DNA of 64,000 bases from contig OX597825.1 in NCBI GenBank assembly GCA_951406725.2, positions 18,290,001 to 18,354,000 of the forward strand, read 5' to 3'. The position numbers and the translations under genes were made by a program. Source of the stretch: Octopus vulgaris (taxonomy: Eukaryota). Position 1 is the first letter of the stretch. Every line of letters begins with the position of its first letter. Under the pieces are notes generated by a model. It had not been told where the DNA came from. It saw only the letters and a list, made by a program, of their open reading frames with translations, and ran no database searches. This document shows positions 43,731 to 57,331 of the stretch, in pieces.

Positions 43731-44225
43731 TTTTCTACTCTAGGCACAAGGCCCGAAATTTTGTTGAAGGGGGCCAGTCGATTAGATCGACACCAGTACT
43801 CAACTAGTATTTAATTTATCGACCCCGAAAGGATAAAAGGCAATGTCGACTTCGGCGGAATTTGAACTCAGAACGTAACGGCAGACGAAATACCTATTTC
43901 TTTACTACCCACAAGGGGCTAAACACAGAGGATAAACAATGACAGACAAACAGATTAAGTCAATTATATCGACCCAGTGCGTAACTGGTACTTATTTAAT
44001 CGACCCCGAAAGGATGAAAAGCAAAATCGACCACGGCGGAATTTGAACTCATAACGTAGCGGCAGACGAAATACCGCCAACCATTTTGTCCAGCGTGCTA
44101 ACGTTTCTTATTTCTTTACTGTCCACAAGGGTCTAAACATAGAGGGGACAAACAAGGACAGACAAACTGATTAAGTCGATTATATCGACACCGGTGCGTA
44201 ACTGGTACTTAATTTATCGACCCCT
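43731..44225 (-). mobile_element. SINE family B multimer (three partial units)
   Basis: Junctions at ~43894 and ~44108. Confidence 0.9.
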
Positions 44226-44315
44226 GTTCAACGACATTTCCGTCCTCGTGTGTCTTCTTGCTCCACTTAGTCCATTTTTACGAATTCATAGAAGTATACA
44301 TACATACATACATAT

Positions 44316-44734
44316 GCGTAGGAGTGGCTGTGTGGTAAGTAGCTTGCTTACAAACCACATGGTTCCGCGTTAAGTCCCACTGCGTGGCACCTTGGGTGTC
44401 TTCTACTATAGCCTCGAGCCAACCAAAGCTTTGTGAGTGGATTTGGTAGACGGAAACTGAAAGAAGCCTGTCGTATATATGTATAATTTATTTGTATGTG
44501 TGAGTGTGTGTCTTTGTTTGTGTGTCTGTGTTTGTACCCGCAAACATCGATTGACAACGGATGCTGGTGTGCTTACGTCCCCGTAACTTTAGCGGTTCGG
44601 CTAAAGAGACCGATAGAATAAGTACTAGGCTTACAAAGAATAAGTCCTGGGGTCGATTTTCTCGACTAAAGGCAGTGCTCCAGCATGGCCACAGACAAAT
44701 GACTGAAACAAGTAAAAGAGTAAAGAGTAAAAGA

Positions 44735-44735
<1 letters not shown>
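44316..44735 (+). mobile_element. SINE family A, full length; inverted 5'-half copy at 44840-45008
   Basis: Collinear with the other copies. Confidence 0.9.
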
Positions 44736-44784
<49 letters not shown>

Positions 44785-45349
44785 AATATGTATATATATA
44801 TACGTACACTTATTAACACACATATACGTACGTATAGTATATACGACGGGATGCATTTAGTTTCCGTCTACCACGTCTACTCACATGGCATTGGTCAGCC
44901 CGAAGCTTTAGTAGAAGTTACTTGCCCAATATACCATGCAATGTAACTGAACACGAAACCATGTGGTTGAGAATCAAGCTTCTTACCATGCAAACACGAC
45001 TGCGCTTATAGAGTTCTATTTCACACAATATCAAGACATGTAAAACCTCACTAATAGCCAGATGCTTCGAATAAAATGGGAAAGAAACAAAAAAAAAAGG
45101 GGAACAATCAAATGTTCAAAGAGAATTTGCAGACGCTATTACGAGGAATGATTCACAGAAAAAGAGGCCGACTAGGCCTGAAGCGACGAATAATATCTCA
45201 TAAGATGAAATAAGTCCATGTGCCGTGAGAAGATGGGATTTTGGAAGTTTTGGTGAGAGTGTTATGTTTGAAAGTTCGAAACACGATTCTTTTTACAGTA
45301 CGCAATGGTATTCTATTTCTGAATTTTATTAACTGTTTTCTTTATGAAA

Positions 45350-45400
<51 letters not shown>

Positions 45401-45410
45401 CATGTATATA

Positions 45411-45552
<142 letters not shown>

Positions 45553-47009
45553 TATATATATATATATACATATATATACATATAAATATACATATATGTA
45601 TATATATATATTTATGTACGTATATATATATATATATGTATATATACACATATATATATACATATGTATATATATATATAACGTCTGTAAGAAGCATAAA
45701 TCCTAAGAAGCATATGTTAGACTATCTTAGGGAGTGAGAGAGAGAGTGTGTGTGTGTGTGTGTGTATGTGTGTGTGTGCGCGTGTTTGTGCGTATGTGTG
45801 TGTGCGTGTGTGCATACATAGCTGCTTCGTACCATTAGTTACTTCTATCATCTAATAAAAATAAAAGATTTCTTCTACAGATACAAAAAAAAGACCTGAA
45901 ATTTGCAGAGGTGTAAACGAGGCATTTTAATCGACAAATATATTAGTGGTACTTACATCCGTGACCCCTGAAGAGATAAAAGATATCGTTAAACATGGCT
46001 ACTGTTTGAACTCGAGATATAGAAGTCACAAGAGTAAATAATGATAGTATTTATTACTCCACTATTTGTGGAAAACTCAGTGATAAAAGCACGTCTTTGT
46101 TTTTATTTAATTCACTTCGATGTTGTTTATCTTCTTTCAGTTCTATTTAATTTTATTTTCCGAATGGTTCCCAGTATTATTTGCAATCGCCCAAATATTA
46201 TTCTAGAGCCTACAATCTAGGTTTTATCACGTTAGAGACGTTTTTTCGACTTCCTCTTCTCTATGGTTGGCTGGCATGTCAAGCAGGTACATCCGTTCAG
46301 CGCTCATGTTTCAAACGTGTGTGACGGTAACGTATTGAAAAGTTATTAATCTATTGGAGGTACTAATGGCGATGGTGATGGTGGTGGTGGTTGTATTAGT
46401 AGCAGTGGTGGTGGTATTAGTGGTGATGTGTGATAGGTGAGAAGGATTTTCAGACGAGAACAGAGAATCAAGAGAAGCGAATGGTAGAACATGAAGAGGT
46501 TCCATGTGTTTTAAGGATAGAGTAAATAAAGTTTTACATACATAGAATTAATAGATATACGCACAAGCATTTTTTTCCCGGAATAGAATTCGGAGAAAGA
46601 GAATAGATGGAAATACTGATACATTTGCTCACCAGCATAGCAACAAATATATATATGAACCTGTAGAGGCTTTCAACTGAAGTTTTATCAACTTGACGTA
46701 AAGGAAACAATGCTCGCTAGTGACGAAAAAGGTGTTGGAAAGCCTTAGCTTTTTATGATGAGTAAGATTTTTCTTTTTTTCTCTCTATAGCAAAGTGCAG
46801 TAAAAAGCCTGTGTAGGTACAAATATATCTCAAACATATTTGAAATGGTATGAAATGTGTTTATTTTCCTGTCAATTCTTTCCGCACGAAATAACTGGTA
46901 TTTTATTTTACCGACACAAGAAAAATGTCAGCCAAAATTAACTTCAGCAGTTTTTGATCAGAGAAAGTAAAAAAAAAAAAAAAGGCAGTTGTTGGCTATA
47001 TAGATACTT

Positions 47010-47423
47010 ATCTCTTTATTGCCCACAAGGGTCTAAACACAGAAGGGACAAACAAAGACAGACAAAGGGATTAAGTCGATTACATCGACCACAGTGCGTA
47101 ATTGGTACTTAATTTATCGACCCTGAAAGGATGAAGGGCAAAGTCGACCTAGGCGGAATTTGAACTCAGAACGTAACAGCAGACGAAATACCTATTTCTT
47201 TACTATCCAAAAAGGGCTAAACACAGAGGGGACAAACAAGGACAGACAAACGGATTAAGTCAATTACATCGACCCCAGTGCGTAACTGGTGCTTAATTTA
47301 TCGACCCCGAAAGGATGAAAGGCAAAAACGACCTCGGTGGAATTTGAAGTCAGAATGTAATATCAGACGAAATATCGCTAAGCATTTCGCCCGGCATGCT
47401 AACGATTCTGCCAGCTCGCAGCC
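47010..47423 (-). mobile_element. SINE family B dimer
   Basis: Junction gacgaaatac|ctatttctttact at ~47191. Confidence 0.9.
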
Positions 47424-47941
47424 CATTGGCTATATAGATTCTGACAATGTACAAACCTATGCCAAAACATTGTGTCCTGTAACGTTATTACGAACAAAAC
47501 TCGATGCGTTTATAGACAAAATCTACATTGAACATTTGCCTCTGAAACTAAATCTCCCAACCAATACTTTCACTTATACTCCGGAAGGAATGTGCTCAAA
47601 TTAAATACACACAACTATATATCGATCTATGTTGCATTGTCTGCTTGCACTAAATTGATTCCAGGTATATAAGCCTCAACACACACCAGCAAATGCATTG
47701 TTTCTTGTGTTCTATAAACAGGAAAAAGTGTTCCGGCCTAGTTTCAAATTACCTTGGCGGTATCACCCACTAAGTAAGCGTATCACGACTATAAGCAGTT
47801 TATCACACCCTATAAGTAGTTTATTCGGCCTGATGTGTTGCTTTTAGACTAAAAAAAATTGTAGAGAGATAATTTTTTCTCTAAGACAATAATCTGCAGG
47901 GATAGTCATCAGCGTTCCAGTGAGGAGGAACATCATCATGT

Positions 47942-48028
<87 letters not shown>

Positions 48029-48380
48029 CAAAGTACTTTTACAAAAACGGGGTCACAATGACTTCGACGTTATGGTCTGCTACTCTTCGAAATCATTGTC
48101 TCTGTTCATCTTGTAAAAAGTTACGATAAACATGTGTTTTACATAACCTGTTGAGTAATTCTCCAGGTTGATATTTTTTTCATAACTTCTCTTTAAAAGG
48201 AACACCATGTTCCTTTATGTGGTAAAAAGTTTGCTTCCAAACCACAGGGTTGCGAGTTCAATCTGACTGCGTGACACATTGGTGATGTATCATTTACTTT
48301 TGCTTCGGGGTGACCAAAGCCTTGTGAGTCGAGTTTAAAGACTGAAACTGACGGAATCCCGTCTTAAATATATATATATA

Positions 48381-48583
48381 TATTATATTAAATTAGAGAT
48401 AAAACCACTATTAGGCAAATCATACAATGAAAAACTTAAGCCAATACATAAGATTAATTAATTTATATTATTTAAATATATATCAAAATTATTAAAAAAG
48501 ATAATTAATATAACACTACGATCGTTTCATGGCTGTTCAATTCTTAAAATTTTCGAGTTACAGTCATTCTTCAGGTGGTTTAC
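48381..48583 (-). mobile_element. Family F hammerhead-bearing repeat, copy 1
   Basis: Reverse-complement homologue of 51491-51649. Confidence 0.75.
48512..48580 (-). ncRNA. Type I hammerhead ribozyme motif (family F copy 1)
   Basis: AACCAC-CTGAAGA-ATGACTGT(23-nt loop)ACAGCCAT-GAAAC-GATC-GTA-GTGTT; helix II has 7 of 8 pairs; helix I has lost one G. Confidence 0.7.
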
Positions 48584-48879
48584 ATATATATATATATATA
48601 TATATATGTGTGTATATATTTACATATATATGTGTGTGTGTGTATCTGTGTTAGTTCCCCACCACAACTTGAGAACCGGCGTCCGTTTGTTTACACTTCC
48701 GTAACCTAGAAATGGGGCACAAGACACCGATAGAATAAGTACAAGGCTCAAAGAAAACAACTAAGTAATGGCGCAGATTCGCTCTACTAAAGGTCTTCAA
48801 AGCAGTCTCACGACATGGCTGCAGTCAAAGGACTAGAAAAGTAATAAGATATATATAATTATATGTTATTATTATTATT

Positions 48880-49140
48880 GTTTTTTGTATTTATATTCGT
48901 GTGGCATCGTCCGTTTCTCTGTCCTTGTTTCGTATACATTCGATCCTTTTCCCAAGAAATCTAATGCTCGTAGCTTAGTTTTTCCTTGGGGCTGGCCGGA
49001 TCGGAGCGATCTCAAGATTAGTCAGCCGAAATTGCAAGGATGATCCGGTTCTTGACTGAAGATTAGAGGCTTCGAATGACCCCTCCGTTTTTTGTGTCGT
49101 CTATTTGAATGTTTTGTGTTCTTGTCCCATTTAGTATTTA
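48880..49140 (+). mobile_element. Family E short repeat with a structured interior
   Basis: Homologous to 15355-15497; flanked by simple repeats. Confidence 0.7.
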
Positions 49141-49682
49141 TATATATATTTTTTATACACACATATATATATATATGTGCGTGTAATTGTGAGTGATAGA
49201 GTGAATGTATATTTGAATGTAAGCATGTATAAATTAATGTTTTGAATTGTGTTACGAAACGAGGAACTAAAATACATACTCGTGTAACGCATTTCCTTTT
49301 GTACAGGTTGTATTGTATTGTAATGCACGGATAAACGCAACGCGTGATAAAATACTGTGACAGTCAATAAACGGAATATAAAGCAATATCCTAAGTATTA
49401 ATAGAATTTGTTTGAAATGCTTCAAACGCGTTTGAAAGTTGTTTGAATATCCTAAAATTATTAAAAAAGTTCTTCTTAACTCGTCTTTTTACACTCAAAT
49501 ATGTGTTATTAAACGAAGTGATGTTGAAAGCTATTTCGTATGAGAACTGCATGTGTCTGACACTTTGAATTCTCATTTCTCATTGTACAACATCATAACA
49601 AAAAAAAAAAGAAATGGAATTCGTCTTTGGCAATTATGTTATGTACAACATAGCAGTCAACAATTTTCTAGGATGCATCAAT

Positions 49683-49749
<67 letters not shown>

Positions 49750-50520
49750 TATTGGTGCATCGTATAGTATATTATATTTTGATTGTTTCTGCCATTGGTC
49801 CGACTTTATGCGGTGGCACTGCTTTGAATACTATAGTCCAAGAAGTCAACACTAGACTGATACTTATTCTAACAGTACCTTTTGTCGAACCCCTACGTCA
49901 CAGGGGCGTAAACAAACAACCAACAAGCAGTTGGTAGGCCGAGAAGCACAAATCGCACGCACACACAGCTTTCGTCTAAGAAATCCACTCACAGGGGATT
50001 GGACGGCTCGCAGTGATAATAGAAGAAACTTCCTCAAGGTTTCATGCAGTAGAGCCATGCAATTAGAAAGCAAACTTCCTTCCACACAATCACATTGCCG
50101 TCTAACAACAAGCAGAAAGACACGAAACCCACCACCATGTGATCTTCATGAGAAAACATGTGAGACCCCAGAACGGTTATTATGATAGATTTATTGAATT
50201 TATTTCAGTTTATTGTTTAGAATCAAATGTTTTCCAATATTTTGGTAACTTATTTGCTTTATTCATTAAGTTACAAAAGACACAGCCTGGCATTCAAAGT
50301 AGAAGCCATCCTGTTGGACCGTCTATTCTTTGATCCCTCGCTTTCACAAGTTCTTGTCTGAGGCGAGAACTGAAGCTTCCACGCAATCTTGGATGATGAA
50401 GTGTCGTGAGCGCAGTGGGACTGAAACCGGAAACATGTTGTTGACAAACAAACTGTTTAACACAGCCACGCCTGCGACTGAGTAAACACACACAGGCACA
50501 GACAAGAAAATTCAAGAAGA

Positions 50521-50660
50521 TAAATTATGGTTTTATTCAACATGTTTCCCTCTCAGATTCACACAATTATTGCAGCGATTCTTCAGTTTTTCTAAGCCCT
50601 GTAAAAGAACTCTGAAATTTGGGCATCGAGCTAGACCTTCCATGACGCCCTTAAAACGAG
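50521..50660 (-). mobile_element. Fragment of the same mariner-derived MITE as 19054-19279
   Basis: ttttattcaacat.ttccctctcagattcacac..ttattgcagcg..cttcagttttt..aagccctgt is the reverse complement of 19130-19212. Confidence 0.7.
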
Positions 50661-51338
50661 GAAAATGGAATTCGCGAAACGAAATTCTTCATTCAAAACA
50701 ACTACGATAGTTTCCCCTCATCATGCACTCGTGCCTTAAAGATGAGATGTTTCGCACTAAATTGTCATGCATTGTAGGTGCAGATATGTCTTGTCAGGTG
50801 ACTTTGCAAAAGCTACTTTGGTTTTTATTTGTCGTTTTGCTTATTTTTATAATAATACATTTTAGTTAGTGTAGCATTCCACACGTCTTCATAATGAACT
50901 GAGATGGAATGCATGACAACTGACTGAAAAGTAGAGAGAAAGTCTCACTTGAATCCCATATTCTACCTCTCACCTTTGTGTATGTATAGACACAGACACA
51001 CAAATATATAATTTTTAAAGAGGACAAGAAGCGTTAAGGCAAGGCAAACATCTCAAGTCATACACATTATTGTTATTGGAAAAGTTTTCAAAGTCGTGTA
51101 TATGACATGAGATGTTTGACTTGCCTTAACGTTTGTTATCGTCTTTAACAATTATATATAAGAAATCTTCGATGGCTCCATAACTATCGTTTCGGCGCGA
51201 ACCTTGGATCCTTAGTAATCTGTTATAGCGCTTACCTAGAGTACGTATTTCTTTAGATCACCATTGTCCGGCGAACGGGAACGTGAAACTCTGAGTAACT
51301 GTTTTTGTGATATGTCTGCTGTTTCATAATAGTGTACA

Positions 51339-51682
<344 letters not shown>

Positions 51683-52246
51683 AGCATATACATGTTCAGC
51701 TGTATATTTATATATGTGTGTTTGTTATGCACACGCAAATATGGGTGCGCGTAAAGTGCGCTTATGCAGAAGTATGCATGCAATTCTGGTTGTTTAATCT
51801 AGTGCATACATGCACCAGTGAGCATCATAATAGGAAATTTAGTATGTAAATATTTGATTTAAGTACAGTCGAATAATTTGCATACATTCCACCCACGTGA
51901 TTCTGTTTGTTTTCTTGACAATCTGGAAGAAAACAGTCGTAAACATATTCAGAAAGATAATTCCTTCCACCACGCAGACGCAGGCAACCTACACACATAC
52001 ACATATACTTTCATTTATCTTGCTCTCCCATACAAGCATACATACATACATACATACATACATACATACATACATACATACATACATACATACATTTTAC
52101 AAATATATGTATATATAATTTGATAAGTGCTGCCACAGCACGAAACTCTCGGACCTGGAGTCACGATGTTGTTTCTATTTAATATGAATAAAAATATACA
52201 TATAATGATATTTCGAGTTCTATCCTTCCTGCTTACATCACTACAT

Positions 52247-52552
<306 letters not shown>

Positions 52553-52997
52553 TATATATATATATATATATATACACTCACACACAATTGTACATATAAG
52601 TGTGCGAGCTCTAACACTGATACAGCTAGCGAAATATATATGCGTGTGTGTGTATATATGTATGTGTATGTGTGTGTTTACTCCCTCCATAAGTATGCAT
52701 GAACTGTTGACTCTCGCCCATCACTGGGGTGTCTATGAAGTTGTTCTAAAATTAATATAACACCTGAAAGTAAGTAAAGCCTCGACGGGAATCTGTCTTC
52801 AAAAATGCAGTCTTGTAAATTCAGCATAAATGCCTGCTCATACCTCTGCCATACATATGGTTTCATGTGACCCATACAATAGATTTGCATACAGACAATT
52901 CATATATCTCACACATGACCTACGCTAGAGATTTTTAGCATATCGTCTGTTGATAGTTCAGATATAAATGGGCATGACATTTCGAGTAACGATATAT

Positions 52998-53224
52998 ATT
53001 ACTCTTTTACTCTTTTACTCTTTTATTTGTTTCAGTCATTTGACTGCGGCCATGCTGGAGCACCGCCTTTAGTCGAGCAAATCGACCCCGGGACTTATTC
53101 TTTGTAAGCCCAGTACTTATTCTATCGGTCTCTTTTCCCGAACCGCTAAGTGACGGGGACGTAAACACACCAGCATCGCTTGTCAAGCAATGCTAGGGGG
53201 ACAAACACAGACACACAAACACAT

Positions 53225-53255
<31 letters not shown>

Positions 53256-53436
53256 CATATATACATATATACGACAGGCTTCTTTCAGTTTCCGTCTACC
53301 AAATCCACTCACAAGGCATTGGTCGGCCCGGGGCTATAGTTGACGACACTTGCCCAAGGTGCCACGCAGTGGGACAGAACCCGGAACCATGTGGTTGGTT
53401 AGCAAGCAACTTACCACACAGCCACTCCTGCGCCTA
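52998..53436 (-). mobile_element. SINE family A, full length
   Basis: Close to the window consensus; (ctttta ct)n tail. Confidence 0.9.
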
Positions 53437-54034
53437 TGCTTGAATACAGAAATATCCTATCCCAACAATTCATAAATCCATACGAATACATATTATGTTT
53501 ATTCGTAGATTGATATATACATATGCATATGAATTTGTCTTGATCCTTTAATATTAGAATTCCTTTTATAGTTATTAGTTTAATGGATTCCGCATTGTAT
53601 ATATTCAAGCCAAGCAATAATATTGTGTGGGTGAGCATAGGCTGATTATCTCGCTTTATATAACTGCCGAGTCTCTTTCACAATACATACATGGTGGTAT
53701 TAAAATGCACATACATACTTCCAAACCATCCTGTAATGCGCTCACTCGAGGTCGCACACTTATGCATACATACATACATACATACATACATACATACATA
53801 CATACATACATACATACATACATACATACATACATCATGCATCCTCAAATACATTCATACACGCACAAGCAAACATAAAGACAACCAGAGACATTCTTGT
53901 TTTAATTTTTCAGTCAGTGAAGGGAATTCAGCTTTTGTACAGATGGTGCGTTACATCTTTTATTGATCTCGTATGACACAAAATATACAGTGACTGTCCA
54001 GGTTGTGCATGTTGGTGTGCTGCACCCCCGATCA

Positions 54035-54325
54035 CGAGGCAGTAGTTAGGATTTTGCTCTCACGATCACGCGATAGTGGTTTCAATTCCTCGACTGAGTG
54101 GTGCGTTGTGTTCTTTAGCAAAATACTTCATTTCACATTACTCTGCGATCGTTTCGACACCCGACGCGTGGTACACCGGACAACTGTCCAGGCAACGTCG
54201 ATTTGATAGACAGAGTTGTGCTCAAGTACAACACATATATCGGATCATTATAAAGAAATCATTTGTGCAGGTCTTTCGGCAAAAGTTGAAAACTCATTTG
54301 TCGTCTTCATGGGAGAGTCCATCAT
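54035..54325 (+). mobile_element. SINE family C-related copy with a different 3' half
   Basis: gtttcaattcc..ggtgcgttgtgttctttagcaaaatacttcatttcac shared with 14011-14266. Confidence 0.6.
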
Positions 54326-54541
54326 ATATATAAAGAGAGAGAGAGGTGTATGTGTGTGCATGTGTATATACGATGGGCTTCCTTCAGTTTCTGTCAACCT
54401 AATCAACTCACTCAACTCACAAGTGTTTAGTCGGATAGAGGCCAAACTGTAAGACACCTGCTCAAGGTGTCATGCAGTGAAACTAATTTTTTAATTGTCA
54501 TTGGACTGCGGTAATTCTAAGGCACATATATACATGCGTAC

Positions 54542-54572
<31 letters not shown>

Positions 54573-55141
54573 TGTGTATATGTTTGTATAGGGGATATAT
54601 CACAGAAAGAAAATTCCGTTAACGCGCAAGTAATTTAGGAATTGGTTTAGCGTCTTATTTGAAGATATGATTATATTGCCGATAAATTAAAATGATTTGT
54701 CATACAGACATATATCCATCGATATGACGGGTGATAACAATTCCATCGATCAAATCCAGTACATAAAACTATGTACACATACTCAGCTTCCGTGAGAAGG
54801 AAACACGAAGTTTTCTTTGGTCGGATTTGAACGTACGACGTTAATGCTCTTAGTCACGAATGTCACGATTTCAATGTTTATCCTCTGAGAGGATATTAGA
54901 TTAAAGCTTACTCAGAATAAATCAAATGTACTTGGGATATACTTGCTGTGCTGTGTTGGTGGGAAGCTATGAGGTTATCTAAGTATAACACATTATTATA
55001 TGAAAGCAAAATTCATTATTATATAAAAGTATCTTCCAAAAGTCATTTCGCTTGCTAAATTGGGAAACAGAATATACATCACATGATTTAATTATCCGTT
55101 GTCACCAGAGGGGTACATTTTGCATATATACATATATGCGT

Positions 55142-55197
<56 letters not shown>

Positions 55198-55207
55198 ACA
55201 CACACAC

Positions 55208-55264
<57 letters not shown>

Positions 55265-55274
55265 GGCGTATGTT

Positions 55275-55655
55275 CTTTCATTTGTTTCAATCATGTTGGA
55301 CACACTGATGAAGAGTTTTAGATTCGAATTGACATTAGTTCTTATTTTAAAACCTAATCCTTATTGTACCGGTCTCTATTGCTGAACCTGTAAATTACGT
55401 GGACATTAACACACCAACAACGGTTCTCAAGTGGCAATGGAGGAACAAACAGATACAAAGCACACACACACACACACGCACACACACACATGGATATACC
55501 ACAACCTTTTTTCAGTTTCCGACCAAATTCATTGACATGTCTTTGGTTGACCCGCAGCTATAGTAGAAGGTACATGCCGGTGGTGGCTTGCAGTGGGACT
55601 GAACCCTGAATCATTTCGCAGAGAAGCAAGTTTCTTACCACATAGTATCTCCTGC
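55275..55655 (-). mobile_element. Degenerate SINE family A
   Basis: Diverged collinear blocks; similar remnants at 28305-29230, 49775-50095, 50330-50475 and 54365-54480. Confidence 0.6.
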
Positions 55656-55705
55656 ACCCCCGCTTCTTACACGAGAGAAAGCGAGTGAAAGAGATAGAGA
55701 ATGAG

Positions 55706-55744
<39 letters not shown>

Positions 55745-56686
55745 GAACAATGATACTTAGACACTTAGGAAGGTTAACTGATATATATATTTCGACTCTC
55801 CTCTCACTTTATATAGAAGAAGAAACCGGCTGTAAAAGGAAGGTGTATTCACGCTTGCATTCCGTAATTACTTTTGCAGAAGAAACATTTCCTTTAAAAA
55901 TTTTTCGTCCCGTGAGACCTTTCTTGAAAACCACAGCGCGTAAATGATAAAAAGGTCAATGTTACTAGGAGAGTAGCTATTAAATAAATGGCGTGATCCG
56001 AACCACACACACCTATACCGCCATCAACCTCATCATTACTTTATCTAGATGCCTTCAGACTAATGTTTTACGCAGTAAGACTTTCTATTTGACACACTGT
56101 TACAAACTCTGATAAAAACAAGAATATTTTGACAACTATAACACTCATATATTTTATTGTAGTAGTAGTAGTAGAAGTAGTAGTAGTAGTAGTAGAAGTA
56201 GTAGTAGTAGTAGTAGTAGTAATGGTGGTGGTGTTGGTGATATTGCTACTGTTGCTGGTTATAATTATGAGTAACTACTTATCTTCAGAGTAAACTCTGA
56301 GCATCTTGAAGGTCAAATGTAGCCCAGTCTTCCCCCCCCCCGTTACATTTCGCCGCTAATTAATCTAGCACCTCATCATCTAAAGCCTTTTCCTCCTCCT
56401 CCTTCCCTCCTTTACTTTTTTTTTCTACTGCTTCTTTTATTTCTTTTTCCCTCCACTGCTTCTTCTTTTCGTCGTTTCTTTCTTCATCTTGTACTGCTCC
56501 TACTTCTTACTGCAGCCGACGAGCGTCTCGCAATGCTGCGACAGAAATCTCTAACCACCACCGTAAAGCCCTACTCTCATTAGCATTGGAAGTTCTTCCC
56601 ATCATTTTATATGAACAAACTCTGATATTGGGGAAGTTTAGCAACCCAACAGCGACAGCGGCAGCAGTAGGTGTATGAAGAAGAAG

Positions 56687-56790
56687 CAGGTGTATTAGTT
56701 TGACGGGAAAGTGAGAAAGACTTTTACATTTCGAGCGTATGCTCTCCAACAGAAAGGAATAAGAGAAAATAAACAGAGAGAGAATAAAAA
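56687..56790 (-). mobile_element. Family D repeat, diverged copy 5 (motif at 56721-56756)
   Basis: Minus strand CTTT-CTGTTGG-A-GAGC(ATAC)GCTC-GAAAT-GTA-AAAG. Confidence 0.6.
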
Positions 56791-56962
56791 CAAATTTGTT
56801 TATGATAACTTTAAGGGTATGCAAATAAAGCTGCTACTTAATTATGCCGGCTACCGTCTAATGATACTGACTAGTGAGTCACTTTTTCGCGGTTGCATCA
56901 TGGTTATACCGATATAATGTAAGATAGATATAATAACAATAATTCTTGGATGGAATTTACAA

Positions 56963-57110
56963 TATATCGTTACTCTCGTTTGCACACATCACAAGACTTT
57001 AACATCAGAGTCCATATCCTGGGGATGAGAACAGTTTGTCCGAAGTATCAGCGAGTATCCGTTAGTATCCGGTTGATCATCATCGTTGATTCATTTCATC
57101 AGGCGATATG
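56963..57110 (-). ncRNA. Degenerate sibling hammerhead in the left arm
   Basis: CATATCGC-CTGATGA-(113 nt)-CAAAC-GAGA-GTA-ACGATATA; G12 changed to C and the palindrome is lost. Confidence 0.5.
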
Positions 57111-57189
57111 GCATTATTGGATGAATCACAGAGGGATATTTTACCATTCTTGCCAGTATAAAAAGACTCTGTGATTCATCCAATAATGC

Positions 57190-57331
57190 CAAATCGCCTG
57201 ATGAAATGAATCAATGATGATTGTCAATCGGATGCCCACGGATACTATGGACCATACTGTAACCATACAGTATAGTATACGGACTCTGATGTCGAAGTTA
57301 TGTGACGTGTGGAAACGCGCGTAGCGATTTG
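57190..57331 (+). ncRNA. Type I hammerhead ribozyme motif with ~107-nt expanded helix II
   Basis: Helix I CAAATCGC/GCGATTTG (8 bp, perfect); CTGATGA 57198-57204; GAAA 57312-57315; palindromic helix III ACGCGCGT; GUA triplet ending at 57323. Confidence 0.75.

Larger units (their letters stand above)
48215..48850 (+). mobile_element. Degenerate SINE family A interrupted in its (TA)n by a family F element
   Basis: A 5' half at 48215-48363, A 3' half at 48630-48850. Confidence 0.7.

Noticed and set aside
51175-51245. Minus-strand GCGC..GCGC-C-GAAAC-GATA-GTT
   Set aside because: No CUGANGA and no helix I; at best a very decayed motif
52682-52764. Possible minus-strand exon after ctttcag (similar acceptor near 10440)
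   Set aside because: Weak donor and no recognisable peptide; such sites arise by chance in AT-rich DNA
55300-55340. CTGATGA..GAAT; also CTGATGA at ~7386 and on minus at ~18685
   Set aside because: No GAAA or helix partners; two of them lie inside degenerate SINEs
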